A DNA stretch of 64,000 nucleotides, taken from Phyllobates terribilis. Taxonomy: Eukaryota. Below, piece after piece: positions 49,740 to 62,290 of this stretch (positions are counted from its first letter, which is position 1; each line of letters begins with the position of its first letter). The notes under the pieces were generated by a model, which did no database searches, was not told the origin of the DNA, and saw only the letters and a list, made by a program, of their open reading frames with translations. Where the stretch lies: positions 59,148,001 to 59,212,000 of the forward strand of contig NW_027362764.1 of the NCBI RefSeq assembly GCF_046119375.1, written 5' to 3'. The position numbers and the translations under genes are program-made.

Positions 49740-49966
49740 CAGAGATAAAAGTGCCCTGTCAGGGATAAAAATTCCCAGTGATTGAACCCTGACTAATTAG
49801 GAAGTCTTTGACTGTCCTGCAGATAGATGATAACTTGTTTTAAACTGGACAACCCCTTACCCCTTAAGCTTTGTGTGGCAAACCTACCATAGAGACAGAT
49901 CATGCATGGTGTCACTATTCTGCTGCTCGTCTTCCTAAATTATAAAAAGGAGTTTACCTGTTGTGA

Positions 49967-49980
49967 CCACTAGAGGGAGC
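49967..49980 (+). promoter_or_regulatory. CTCF-like motif (ccactagagggagc)
   Basis: Matches the vertebrate CTCF core consensus by eye; binding not shown. Confidence 0.35.
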
Positions 49981-50655
49981 CCACCACATACAAATGTATA
50001 CAGCGCCAAAAAGCTGTAAAAGGGAGATTTAAATACTATGGATTCCCATACTTTTTGTACATATCCCCTTTTTTAGGCAACATTCTACAAAAACATTGTC
50101 TGCGCAATTACGAGCCCCCAGTATAAAAACACATTTCGGTACAGTACCAAAAAGGTCTGCTCATCACTCAGACTAGAAATGAAATAACTAAGGCATTAGT
50201 AACATCAACACTATTCCCCAGAGAGGCCAGGCCCCAACACAACCCTCCTAAGCATCCCGGGCCGAGGATACTATTTATAACAGCAGAGATACATACCCAA
50301 GAGCTTCACTAACACTAGGAGGATGGCTATATTACTACTTCTATTAACTATTCTGGGACACCTAAGCTCTATAATCCCCCAAAATAAGACAAGAAGACAT
50401 GAGAAGATGCTCAGAATTTTCTATCTTCAGTATTGATCACACTAATGTTGTGTACATTATATATATCTAAAATGATAATAAAAGTATAAAATAAAGTAAA
50501 TAAAGGGCACCAAAAACATGAGGTCACTTCTTGACCAGTGGGGATTGGAGTTTGGATATTGGTGCCTTTATTTGTTCTTTGAGCACATTACTTATCATTG
50601 CATTTCTAAATCATAGAAAGACCGAAATCCTCAATGTATACTCAGTACAGAGTTA

Positions 50656-50669
50656 GCGCCCTCTAGTGG
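50656..50669 (-). promoter_or_regulatory. CTCF-like motif (ccactagagggcgc on the minus strand)
   Basis: Close match to the CTCF core consensus; binding not shown. Confidence 0.45.
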
Positions 50670-50860
50670 TGGCAATAGGCAGTAAGAATAGCGTACGTTA
50701 AAAGTTTTCCTGTTACAGGTGACGGTTCAGAATGAGAACAGTTTCTGACCATTATAGGATTGCATTTTACCCCAGTTTTCACATCTGCACGTTCTTTCTA
50801 TAGTTTTCAGTTGTCTGAGATCTAGTGGGTTGAGACTAGCTGCTATGAAGTCTCCTATAC

Positions 50861-53800
50861 ACAGCACACACAGACATGAGGGATTCCTGCTCTCCTGTCT
50901 CTATAGCACACACAGACATGAGGGATTCCTGCTCTCCTGTCTGTATAGCACACACAGACATGAGGGATTCCTGCTCTCCTGTCTGTATAGCACACACAGA
51001 CATGAGGGATTCCTGCTCTCCTGTCTGTATAGCACACACAGACATGAGGGATTCCTGCTCTCCTGTCTGTATAGCACACACAGACATGAGGGACTCCTGC
51101 TCTCCTGACTGTATAGCACACACAGACATGAGGGACTCCTGCTCTCCTGTCTGTATAGCACACACAGACATGAGGGACTCCTGCTCTCCTGTCTGTATAG
51201 CACACATAGACATGAGGGACTCCTGCTCTCCTGTCTGTATAGCACACCCAGACATGAGGGATTCCTGCTCTCCTGTCTGTACAGCACACACAGACATGAG
51301 GGACTCCTGCTCTTCTGTCTGTATAGCACACACAGACATGAGGGACTCCTGCTCTCCTGTCGGTATAGCACACACAGACATGAGGGACTCCTGCTCTTCT
51401 GTCTGTATAGCACACACAGACATGAGGGACTCCTGCTCTCCTGTCTCTATAGCACACACAGACATGAGGGATTCCTGCTCTCCTGTCTCTATAGCACACA
51501 CAGACATGAGGGACTCCTGCTCTCCTGTCTGTATAGCACACACAGACATGAGGGACTCCTGCTCTCCTGTCTGTATAGCACACACAGACATGAGGGACTC
51601 CTGCTCTCCTGTCTCTATAGCACACACAGACATGAGGGATTCCTGCTCTCCTGTCTCTATAGCACACACAGACATGAGGGACTCCTGCTCTCCTGTCTCT
51701 ATAGCACACACAGACATGAGGGATTCCTGCTCTCCTGTCTGTATAGCACACACAGACATGAGGGATTCCTGCTCTACTGTCTGTATATCACACACAGACA
51801 TGAGGGACTCCTGCTCTCCTGTCTGTATAGCACACACAGACATGAGGGATTCCTGCTCTCCTGTCTGTATAGCACACACAGACATGAGGGATTCCTGCTC
51901 TCCTGTCTGTATAGCACACACAGACATGAGGGACTCCTGCTCTCCTGACTGTATAGCACACACAGACATGAGGGACTCCTGCTCTCCTGTCTGTATAGCA
52001 CACACAGACATGAGGGACTCCTGCTCTCCTGTCTGTATGGCACACATAGACATGAGGGACTCCTGCTCTCCTGTCTGTATAGCACACCCAGACATGAGGG
52101 ATTCCTGCTCTCCTGTCTGTACAGCACACACAGACATGAGGGACTCCTGCTCTTCTGTCTGTATAGCACACACAGACATGAGGGACTCCTGCTCTCCTGT
52201 CTGTATAGCACACACAGACATGAGGGACTCCTGCTCTTCTGTCTGTATAGCACACACAGACATGAGGGACTCCTGCTCTCCTGTCTGTATAGCACACACA
52301 GACATGAGGGACTCCTGCTCTCCTGTCTGTATAGCACACACAGACATGAGGGATTCCTGCTCTCCTGTCTCTATAGCACACACAGACATGAGGGACTCCT
52401 GCTCTCCTGTCTCTATAGCACACACAGACATGAGGGATTCCTGCTCTCCTGTCTGTATAGCACACACAGACATGAGGGATTCCTGCTCTACTGTCTGTAT
52501 ATCACACACAGACATGAGGGACTCCTGCTCTCCTGTCTGTATAGCACACACAGACATGAGGGACTCCTGCTCTCCTGTCTGTATAGCACACACAGACATG
52601 AGGGACTCCTGCTCTCCTGTCTGTATAGCACACACAGACATGAGGGATTCCTGCTCTCCTGTCTGTATAGCACACACAGACATGAGGGATTCCTGCTCTA
52701 CTGTCTGTATATCACACACAGACATGAGGGACTCCTGCTCTCCTGTCTGTATAGCACACACAGACATGAGGGACTCCTGCTCTCCTGTCTGTATAGCACA
52801 CACAGACATGAGGGATTCCTGCTCTCCTGTCTGTATAGGACACACAGACATGAGGGATTCCTGCTCTCCTGTCTGTATAGCACACACAGACATGAGGGAC
52901 TCCTGCTCTCCTGTCTGTATAGCACACACAGACATGAGGGACTCCTGCTCTCCTGTCTCTATAGAACACACAGACATGAGGGACTCCTGCTCTCCTGTCT
53001 GTATAGCACACACAGACATGAGGGATTCCTGCTCTCCTGTCTGTATAGCACACACAGACATGAGGGACTCCTGCTCTCCTGTCTCTATAGAACACACAGA
53101 CATGAGGGACTCCTGCTCTCCTGTCTGTATAGCACACACAGACATGAGGGATTCCTGCTCTCCTGTCTCTATAGCACACACAGACATGAGGGATTCCTGC
53201 TCTCCTGTCTGTATAGCACACACAGACATGAGGGATTCCTGCTCTCCTGTCTGTATATCACACACAGACATGAGGGATTCCTGCTCTACTGTCTGTATAG
53301 CACACACAGACATGAGGGACTCCTGCTCTCCTGTCTGTATAGCACACACAGACATGAGGGACTCCTGCTCTCCTGTCTGTATAGCACACACAGACATGAG
53401 GGATTCCTGCTCTCCTGTCTGTATAGGACACACAGACATGAGGGATTCCTGCTCTCCTGTCTGTATAGCACACACAGACATGAGGGATTCCTGCTCTCCT
53501 GTCTGTATAGCACACACAGACATGAGGGACTCCTGCTCTCCTGTCTGTATAGCACACACAGACATGAGGGATTCCTGCTCTCCTGTCTGTATAGCACACA
53601 CAGACATGAGAGACTCCTGCTCTCCAGTCTCTATAGCACACACAGACATGAGGGACTCCTGCTCTCCTGTCTGTATAGCACACACAGACATGAGGGACTC
53701 CTGCTCTCCTGTCTCTATAGCACACACAGACATGAGGGATTCCTGCTCTCCTGTCTGTATAGCACACACAGACATGAAGGATTCCTGCTCTCCTGTCTGT

Positions 53801-54207
53801 ATAGCACACACAGACATGAGGGATTCCTGCTCTCCTGTCTGTATAGCACTCACAGACATGAAGGATTCCTGCTCTCCTGTCTGTATAGCACACACAGACA
53901 TGAGGGACTCCTGCTCTCCTGTCTGTATAGCACACACAGACATGAGGGATTCCTGCTCTCCTGTCTGTATAGCACACACAGACATGAGAGACTCCTGCTC
54001 TCCAGTCTCTATAGCACACACAGACATGAGGGACTCCTGCTCTCCTGTCTGTATAGCACACACAGACATGAAGGATTCCTGCTCTCCTGTCTGTATAGCA
54101 CACACAGACATGAGGGATTCCTGCTCTCCTGTCTGTATAGCACTCACAGACATGAAGGATTCCTGCTCTCCTGTCTGTATAGCACACACAGACATGAGGG
54201 ACTCCTG
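50861..54207. repeat. 42-bp tandem satellite, about 80 copies (atagcacacacagacatgaggga[tc]tcctgctctcctgtctgt)
   Basis: Highly homogeneous head-to-tail units without spacers, embedded in a non-autonomous element beginning near TTAA 50698-50701. Confidence 0.97.
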
Positions 54208-55552
54208 TGAATCCAGCACTGGGGTAACTTAAAACATGAGAAAGCATCAGCAGCATGGGGAGATTTATACAGCACAATTGAGTTAGTTGTAAATCCAACA
54301 ATGGGGTTAAATAAAACATGTACTGGAAAGCAGCAGCATGGAAGACATTATAGATACTAGTACTAAACATTGTAGCTGTGAATCCAACACATGAAAGCAG
54401 CAGCAGCAGCATGGAAGGCATTATAAAATATATTTAAAGCAGTGTAGATGTGAATCTAGCACTGGGGTAAGATTAAAAAAAAAAAACAAGAGAACAACTA
54501 CATGGAGGATATTATACAGCAATACTGAGCAGTGTAGCTGTGACTCTAGTACTGGGGTGAGAAAACTGAGAAAGTAGCAGGACGAAGTATATTATACAGA
54601 AATACTGAGCAGTACTATGTACAATAAATATCAGTGAGTGTAAAAATAAGAAAACTGATCATTTTTTCTCCGCTTACCTATTATGTGAACTTTTGAAAAC
54701 TATACCATTTATTTCAAGAGGAGAGTACATAGAGGGTGACCACACAGCCAGCACCGCTATAAAGAGCAAATGAGTGAGCGAGGGATGCCATGTTATTTCT
54801 TCTCACTCACAAAATGAGACACCATGCCTGGCTATAGAACTACTGCTCAGTTGATGTCAGCGCACAGGTAATAAGTCTGAGGTCACTCCGAGGTGACAGC
54901 TGGAGTGAATTCGAGGACAGAAGCCTGACTTCATTATCCGCACTCATAAACTCAGCACCTCCGGATTTATGGGACATATTTTTGTGTGCAACTGGAGGAT
55001 CCGTCACTGACCTTCCAAGGTAACGACCGTGACAAATAAGTCCTACAAGTGGTAACATGGCTCCCTGCCGCAAAACAGACAAATAAGAAACACATTTATA
55101 CCTGGGGAACAATTTAAGATAATAGCTGTGCCATCAAGACTAACCCCCCACCCCCCTCAATTAACCAATTAGGAACTAAACTATTTTGGCCATTAGAGAA
55201 AGTAGAAATAGTTAATTCCACAATGTTGTTTTTAGATTAGAAGTATACTACATGTTTTGACACTTATCGGGGGATAATTCATAATGTTATGGGGAGGGTC
55301 CACATTATTGTATAAGAGCTATTAAAACAAAATAAATAGCAATAATAATATTATATTTTTTTAGATTAATACATTTTTTGTTGTTTGCTTCTTTCCCCAT
55401 AATTTGACTTTCATATTATTTTAATTTTGTTTACATTGATACGTCTCTTCGTGGAAATATATACTCTCAGGCACTTTGTTGTGTATCACCCAAAAAGGTT
55501 TTCCCAAGAGCAAAGCTGGATAAATCCCAAAAACATGCCTTTTTTCCCGTAC

Positions 55553-55700
55553 CTCAAAACTGACCCAGATCCAGTAGGACAGTCAAGAATTTGGGGTGTT
55601 ATTCCAGGAGGTCGGGGGCATGTCCGCAGGACACAGATACAGATGAATACAACAATGGAGCAGGGAGCCATCAGATCCCTACTCCACTGTTCAGTATGCA
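55553..55700 (-). other. Candidate 148-nt exon
   Basis: Minus strand ccctttttgtctctgcctgccag|TGCA...TTGAG|gtacgg. One open frame (HTEQWSRDLMAPCSIVVFICICVLRTCP...). Adjacent to repeat-like sequence. Confidence 0.22.
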
Positions 55701-56382
55701 CTGGCAGGCAGAGACAAAAAGGGCCCCTATTAAAAAACAATATATGGGCCCTTTGCAGTCCAATAGCTCATCCACATGTTTTGGAGGTGGAAATGGGCCC
55801 ACTTAACTCAAGGGCCCCTTGATATGTCCGCACCAGAGGTCATATGTCATTCTCAGGGCACATTACTGTCAGCAGAAACCAGGTAAGCAAAGAAGCAGGG
55901 CACACAAGCAAGAAGAATGCTTCTGTGTGTGAGGGAAAGGGGTGTTAGTGTGTGTGGGGGACACTAGGGGCATCATACTGTGTAGGGAGGACCTAATGGT
56001 GTTATACTGTTGGGTACTGTACTGTCGAGGGCAATGGGGGCAGCCTACTGTGTGGATGGTGGACTGTTGGGAGCATCATACTATGTGTGGGAGAATATAC
56101 CATGAGGAAGTCATTGTTTGTTGGGGGGGGGGGTACTGTGGGGGCCATGAAAGGGTCTCACTCTCATACTGTGGGAACAGTAATAGGCTTTACTAGGAGA
56201 AATATTTCTGTGTAGGCACACAGAGGAATGAGAGAGGTTTCGGGAGTGGCTTAGCAAAAATAAAATGGACTGACAATTGTCACATTTATGCCAAATTGTA
56301 TAAAATAAAGAGCAGAAATGTAAAATTGTGAAAATTAAAGTCAGAATTTTTACTTTGTTGCATAGGTTGGATAAAATACAAA

Positions 56383-57222
56383 TGTGACATGCAGAAGTAG
56401 TGCTGTTGCATCAAAAGCATCCAGCAACTGTTACAAATAACACAAGCACAGGAGACAGGAAGTGTTGTGCTGCAGAAGCATCCAGCAACTAGAAGGGTTA
56501 ACACAGTCACAGAAGACAGGGAGTGTTTTAGCAGAGCCCAAGGGGGATTGTGGGGAACTTGTTATTGTAGTCTGGCTGAAGCCGAAGAGAAAGGTGGTGC
56601 GTTATCTGTATCTGACAGAAGGCAACTGAACAGGATTCAGATCAGGAGAGAAACTAAACACAGGTCAGATAAACTCCCTGAACTAACAGTGCAGAGCATT
56701 ATCGGGCAGGAAGATGAGGACTGGAAGGAATTGTGTCACAGGGATCATATCCCTCATCAAACCCTCCCCCCCTCCATCTCCATGCAGGATAAAGAATGCT
56801 GTGTACTATTGTGTCCTTGTGAAGGAAAAGCCTGTGGTTGTGTATGCATAGAAGTGTGCTGCTAAGAGATCACATCTATGCTGAATTATGCTACTGAAGA
56901 GACTGTAATACTGTGCCTTGTGAAGAAGCTACTGTATTGTTACTGGAGCCGAATGCTCAAGAAGCTCAGACTGTACTGTAATGAAGATTGTTGCTGTAAT
57001 ATCCCTGAACTGCACTGCCAGTGCTTTAGATTAAATCCCACTGTTAAACTGTTGAAAAAGACTCTTGTCAGATGTGTCTGGTGAGCAATTGAATCTATCG
57101 TGTGCCTGAGAGAAGCTGCAGCACATTGTCTATGGTCGCCCTGAGTAATGGTTTCCTCAGGATTCCAAAGAATTAATGAAACCCGTCTCGCCCTATCTGA
57201 ACCTAGCGGCGTGCATGTAACA
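56383..57222 (+). mobile_element. Solo LTR (840 bp) of a third family
   Basis: Termini tgtgacatgca / tgcatgtaaca (10/11 inverted match); 4-bp TSD CAAA (56379-56382, 57223-57226). Confidence 0.75.
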
Positions 57223-57732
57223 CAAAAATACACATTTGTTCATGAAGATCATGTCACGATTACGGAGATTGACAGATGCACCTAAGGGGTCAAACAGCAG
57301 TGAGCGCAGCAAAGTCCAGTCGCTGCTGTTAGGGGCAGATGCTGGCTGTGTAACAGTCGGCATCTGCCCTGTATGGAAATGGGCTTAAACTGCTACAGAC
57401 ATCTGCAGCCAACATAGGATGTAATAGTATGACCTATATTGAAAGGGGTTTAAAGGGGGGGAGGTCCAACCTTCAGGACCCATGGCAATCAGCACACTGA
57501 AAGTTATCATGATCCTGCAAGTGCCACATCCCCTTCATTGTTTGGACAGGCATAGTGGCATGTCTGTATGACCGCCAGCTCCCCAATTGCCCTGATCAAA
57601 ATTTGGAAAGCCTTTTTCTTAAAAAATGAAGTCACACCTTCTGTATCCAAAAGATAACTCATATCTTTAATAGATGGCCTCATCACAGAAGCTCTGGTGT
57701 GTCAGCTTTTTGCTACGAGTCTGGTTCCCAGG

Positions 57733-58156
57733 TGTTATGATCTGCTACAAGCACTAAGGAAAGAAAGGAGATCTGAACCTACAATAGAACTAAGCTAGAT
57801 CCCTACGATGTAACGGAGAACCTGATCCTGCGATCAGACCCGCTAAAGTCCTCGGCTAGTCTGTACGAAGACCTATAGATGCAAGGGAGGGATCCCTACA
57901 AGAACTAGGGACTGGGATAAAGTTGGGCACCTCCTAGCAGAAATTGTAGCAGTAAAAGACAAAACACACAACATAGAACATAAAGGTCCGAAGACCAAGC
58001 TAAACAGACTGAGAAAGGTAACTAAGCACCAGGCTAACTTAAGAGTAGAAATTACAATGAAGTCCAGCAAGGCCAGGAGGGCGGAGCAGGATTGAATAGG
58101 CAAAAAAGGTCATGTGACCAGCAAGATAGTTTTTTTCTAACAGGAGAGTTCTAACA
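57733..58156 (-). repeat. 3' LTR of the chromovirus
   Basis: Direct repeat of 62291-62714 with 6 scattered substitutions plus one clustered change. Confidence 0.95.
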
Positions 58157-58159
58157 GTA

Positions 58160-58170
58160 CCCCCTCTTCT
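58160..58170 (-). promoter_or_regulatory. Polypurine tract (agaagaggggg)
   Basis: Purine run 3 nt before the 3' LTR on the element strand. Confidence 0.85.
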
Positions 58171-61100
58171 AAGAGGATCCTCCGGATCCCCTAGGCCCAG
58201 GCTTATCAGGAAACCTCCTGTGAAACGCTCTGACAAGTTTTGAAGCAGAAACATCATCCGCCCTCACCCATGAGTTATCCTCGGGTCCGAAACCTTTCCA
58301 AGCGACGAGATACTGCAAACTCCCTCTAAACCGTCTAGAATTTAGGATGCAGGAAATTTCGTATTCCCCGTCCTCCACCACCGGAGGAACAGTGGCAGAG
58401 ACGTCTCCATCCGACACACAAGCTCTTTTCAACAGAGAAACATGAAACACCGGATTAATCTTCCAGGAGGTAGGAACCTCCAACCTAACAGCAGATTGGT
58501 TAACTACCTGAAGCACCTTAAAGGGCCCTACAAACTTGGGACTCAATTTTTTAGAAGGAATCCTCAACCGCAGATTCTTAGAGGACAACCAAACCATGTC
58601 ACCAATAGCAAACAAAGCCTCTTGCCGTTTCCTATCAAAGTACCTCTTAGATTTTTTGTTAGCCTCCTGAAGATTACCACGCACATCCGTCCAAACTCTC
58701 TCCAAGTCACCGGAAAAACTCTCCTCCTCAGGCACAGCCGATACCAATTTGGAGAATGACCCAAAAGACGGATGTCTCCCAGAACAACATAAAAAAGGCG
58801 AACAACCAGCAGAAGAGGATGTATGGTTGTTAAGAGCAAACTCAGCAAGTGGCAGAAACTCAGACCACCCCTCCTGATTGTCTGCCACAAAACAACGCAA
58901 GAACTGCTCAACATCCTGATTCTTCCTTTCTGTCTGGCCATTAGACTCAGGATGATATCCGGATGAAAACGACAAATGAACTCCCAACCTGTCACAAAAA
59001 GCACGCCAAAAACGAGCCACGAACTGAGGTCCCCTATCCGAAACAATGTCAGTAGGAACGCCATGTAGTCTGACAATTTCCTTGACAAAGGCCTTAGCGA
59101 GTGTCTTAGCGCAGGGCAGTTTGATGAAAGGAACCAAGTGACACATCTTGCTAAAACGGTCAACAACCACCCAGATGACTGTGAAACCCTCAGAGGGGGG
59201 GAGGGCAGTAATAAAGTCCATAGCCAGATGTGTCCAAGGTGCACTAGGTACCTCCAGAGGGCAAAGCAACCCCGCAGCAGGAGTATGTGAAGACTTAGAT
59301 CTAGCACACACCGTACATTGACGCACCCACTTAATGACTTCCTTCTGCCATCCAGGCCACCAAAAACTGCGACCCACAAGTCTCTTGGTCTCAGAAATTC
59401 CTGGATGACCTGCCAACCGAGACTCATGACACTCCACAAACAAATCTCTCCTAAAGGTCCTAGGCACAAACAACCTCCCATGGGGAGTGTTAGATGGGGC
59501 ATTCTCCTGTGCTTTAAGAATCTCATCTTCCAAAACGGAGTCCAATGCAGCAATCACAACACCTTCTTGTAAAATGCTCTCCTCCTCCTCCTCAGCACCG
59601 ACCATGGGAGAAAAGCTGCGAGACAAAGCATCAGCTTTAACATTCTTGGTACCCGGGATGTAAGTAACGGAAAAATTAAACCGCGAGAAAAAAAGTGCCC
59701 ACCTAGCCTGACGGGCATTCAAGCGCTTGGCAGCATCAAGATAGATCAGATTTTTATGATCAGTGAAAACCTGAATGGGAAATTCAGCACCTTCCAAGAG
59801 ATGACGCCAGTGTTCAAATGCGAGTTTAATAGCCAGCAATTCCCGATTACCAATATCGTAATTAAGTTCAGTCTCAGAAATTTTTTTTTTAAAAAAAGCA
59901 CAGGGATGTACTCCATCCTTGATTTCCTGAGACAACACTGCACCGACCCCCACCGAAGAAGCATCAACCTCAACCAAAAATGGCTTAGTCACATCAGGCT
60001 GCATAAGGATAGGATCAGAGCTGAACCTCACCTTTAGAAACACAAAAGCTTCAATGGCCTCAGTAGTCCACTGAACCGCATTAGCACCTTTCCTGGTGAG
60101 ATCGGTCAGTGGTTTGACAATAATACAGAAAATTCATTAAAAATTTTTCTAATAATTGGCGAAACCCAAAAACCTCTGTATCGATTTCAAACCAATAGGC
60201 CTAGGCCATTCCTGCACAGCTTGAACTTTAACCGGGTCCATCTCAAAACCTTTACTGGAGATAATGTAGCCCAAAAAACTAATTCTCTGTACAGCAAACT
60301 CACATTTCTCCAGCTTAGCAAAAAGTGAATTGTCCATTAATAACTGTAATACCTCACGTACGCTCCGCCAATGAGACTCCAGATCAGGCGAATAAATCAA
60401 AATGTCATCCAAATACACAACCACATTTTTGCCGATCAAAGGTCTAAGGATGTCATTAATAAGATTCTGAAAAAATGCTGGAGCATTGGTAAGATCAAAA
60501 GGCATAACCAGGTTCTCAAAATGACCCACAGGAGTGTTAAAAGCAGTCTTCCATTCATCACCCTCCTTCATGCGCAACAAATTGTATGCCCCCCGGAGAT
60601 CAATTTTAGAGAACCACTTGGCCCCCACTAACTGGTTAAACAAATCAGGAATCAATGGCAGTGGGTAAGGATTGCGTACAGTAATTTTATTAATCTCACG
60701 AAAGTCCAGACAAGGATGTAAACCGCCGTCCTTTTTTTTAACAAAAAAAAATCCAACAGCCACAGGAGACTTGGAAGGCCTAATGTGACCAGCGGCCAAG
60801 CTTGTCTGTATGTATTCCTCCAAAGCCTTTCTCTCAGGAATAGTAAGATTAAATAAACGACTTTTAGGAAGAGTCGCTCCAGGGACAAATTCAATGGTAC
60901 AATCATAGTCTCTATGGGGAGGCAATATTTGTGACTCCTCCTCAGAAAAAACTCTCCAAAAATCCTGAATAGGTACAGGTAATTCCCCTTTTTCCACCGC
61001 AGCAATACGTCCGTTACAACACTTGTCATAACACTTAGGACTCCAGGACTTAATTTCATTGGTAGACCAATCCAGTACAGGATTGTGCAATTTTAACCAG

Positions 61101-61430
61101 GGTAACCCCAAAATTACTGGAGAAGGCAAATTATTTAATACCACCAAATCCAAATTTTCTTGATGAACACCATTAATAGTGAGGGGAAATTCACAGACCT
61201 TGTGAGTAACACTCTTCAAGGGGGAGCCATCGACAGAAACCACAGCAATAGGGGATGACAAAGGTTTCGGTTTTAATTTAAGTTTTTCCAAGAATCCCCC
61301 ATCAATCACATTCAGAGGAGAACCACAATCCACAAATATCCGAAATTCAATTAATTCTTCCAGAGCAGTGGTAGTAGCAGAAAGAAATACCCCCTTAGAA
61401 TTTAAACAGGCAATACGGGCGTAACTGACC
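58169..61430 (-). pseudogene. pol: Gypsy pol (protease, RT, RNase H, integrase, chromodomain) with clustered in-frame stops near 60134-60151
   Basis: Motifs [37 protein letters not shown]...CTVC, MDFI...DRGPQF...ERKN, GPF and EYEISCILNSRR...YLVAWKG. ORFs 60149-61333 and 58169-60043 share one frame and are separated by TAG/TAA/TGA. Confidence 0.93.
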
Positions 61431-62241
61431 TTTTTTTTTTTTCTTTGTTTATACGAAGTACACAGTTCTTAATAAAATGATCAGATTTTCTGCAATAAAA
61501 GCACAAACCTTCAGAAGATCTGCGGTCTTTTTCCTGAGAGCGGGGTGCTATCGCCCCGATCTCCATTGGCTCTCCAATGTCAGTACAGACTCTCTCAAGA
61601 CTTGGAGCTGACATGGCAGAGGATTTACTTTCATTAACCCTTGCACGCAGTCTCCTGTCCACCCGTATAGCTAATTGCATAGCCTCCTGCAAGTTTCCAG
61701 GTGTGGGATAAGCAATCAGCAAATCTTTAACCCTTTCACCTAGCCCCGCAAGAAACAAACTTTTCAAAGCTGAATCGTTCCACCCCACCTGGGCAGACCA
61801 CCGACGGAAGTGAGAACAATATTTTTCCACATTACCTGATCCCTGCCTCAAATGTCTTAATTCAGTCTCAGCTGATGAAACACGATCAGGATCATCATAC
61901 AACAAACCCAAAGCAGAAAAAAAACTATCCACTGATCTAAAGCATGGATCACTAGGTTGTAGAGAAAAGGCCCATCCCTGAGGTTCTTTGCGCAAAAGTG
62001 ACATTATGAACCCTATGCGCTGTGATTCATCACCAGAGGATCTGGGTCTCAAACGAAAATACAATAAACAAGCATTTTTAAAGGAAAAAAATTCCTGTTG
62101 ATCACCAAAGAATAAATCAGGCAAACGTACCTTTGGCTCCACAAAATGTGCTCCAGAACAGCTACTCACGTGTTGTTGGAGCTCGGCCACCTCTAGAGAG
62201 AGTCCCTGCAGGCGTTGAGCCAAATCCTGAACCGACACCAT
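61402..62241 (-). CDS. gag: Ty3/Gypsy Gag (279 aa) with CCHC zinc knuckle
   Basis: [12 protein letters not shown] and LRHLRQG..V..Y...F capsid-type motifs, PMEIG motif, and [14 protein letters not shown] (CX2CX4HX4C). Confidence 0.93.
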   Translation of the reverse strand: MVSVQDLAQRLQGLSLEVAELQQHVSSCSGAHFVEPKVRLPDLFFGDQQEFFSFKNACLLYFRLRPRSSGDESQRIGFIMSLLRKEPQGWAFSLQPSDPCFRSVDSFFSALGLLYDDPDRVSSAETELRHLRQGSGNVEKYCSHFRRWSAQVGWNDSALKSLFLAGLGERVKDLLIAYPTPGNLQEAMQLAIRVDRRLRARVNESKSSAMSAPSLERVCTDIGEPMEIGAIAPRSQEKDRRSSEGLCFYCRKSDHFIKNCVLRINKEKKKRSVTPVLPV

Positions 62242-62290
62242 GATGGAAACTGGAAGTCTTTCCTTAGAGATATTTTTGGGCTGGACTTAC

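Larger units (their letters stand above)
47941..49857. mobile_element. T2/Kolobok-type MITE hosting two nested solo LTRs
   Basis: TTAA-aggggttgtcc ... ggacaacccct termini. Confidence 0.7.

Noticed and set aside
50861-54207. Possible CRISPR array
   Set aside because: Units are head-to-tail with no unique spacers, there are no cas genes, and the context is eukaryotic.
50836-54232. 1127-aa and 1118-aa ORFs on opposite strands
   Set aside because: They arise because the 42-bp unit is a multiple of 3 and lacks stops in those frames. The unit is a piece of a non-coding MITE (single copy at 34350-34391).
58442-61059. Alternative-frame and antisense ORFs inside pol
   Set aside because: Shadows of the pol coding sequence; no independent motifs.
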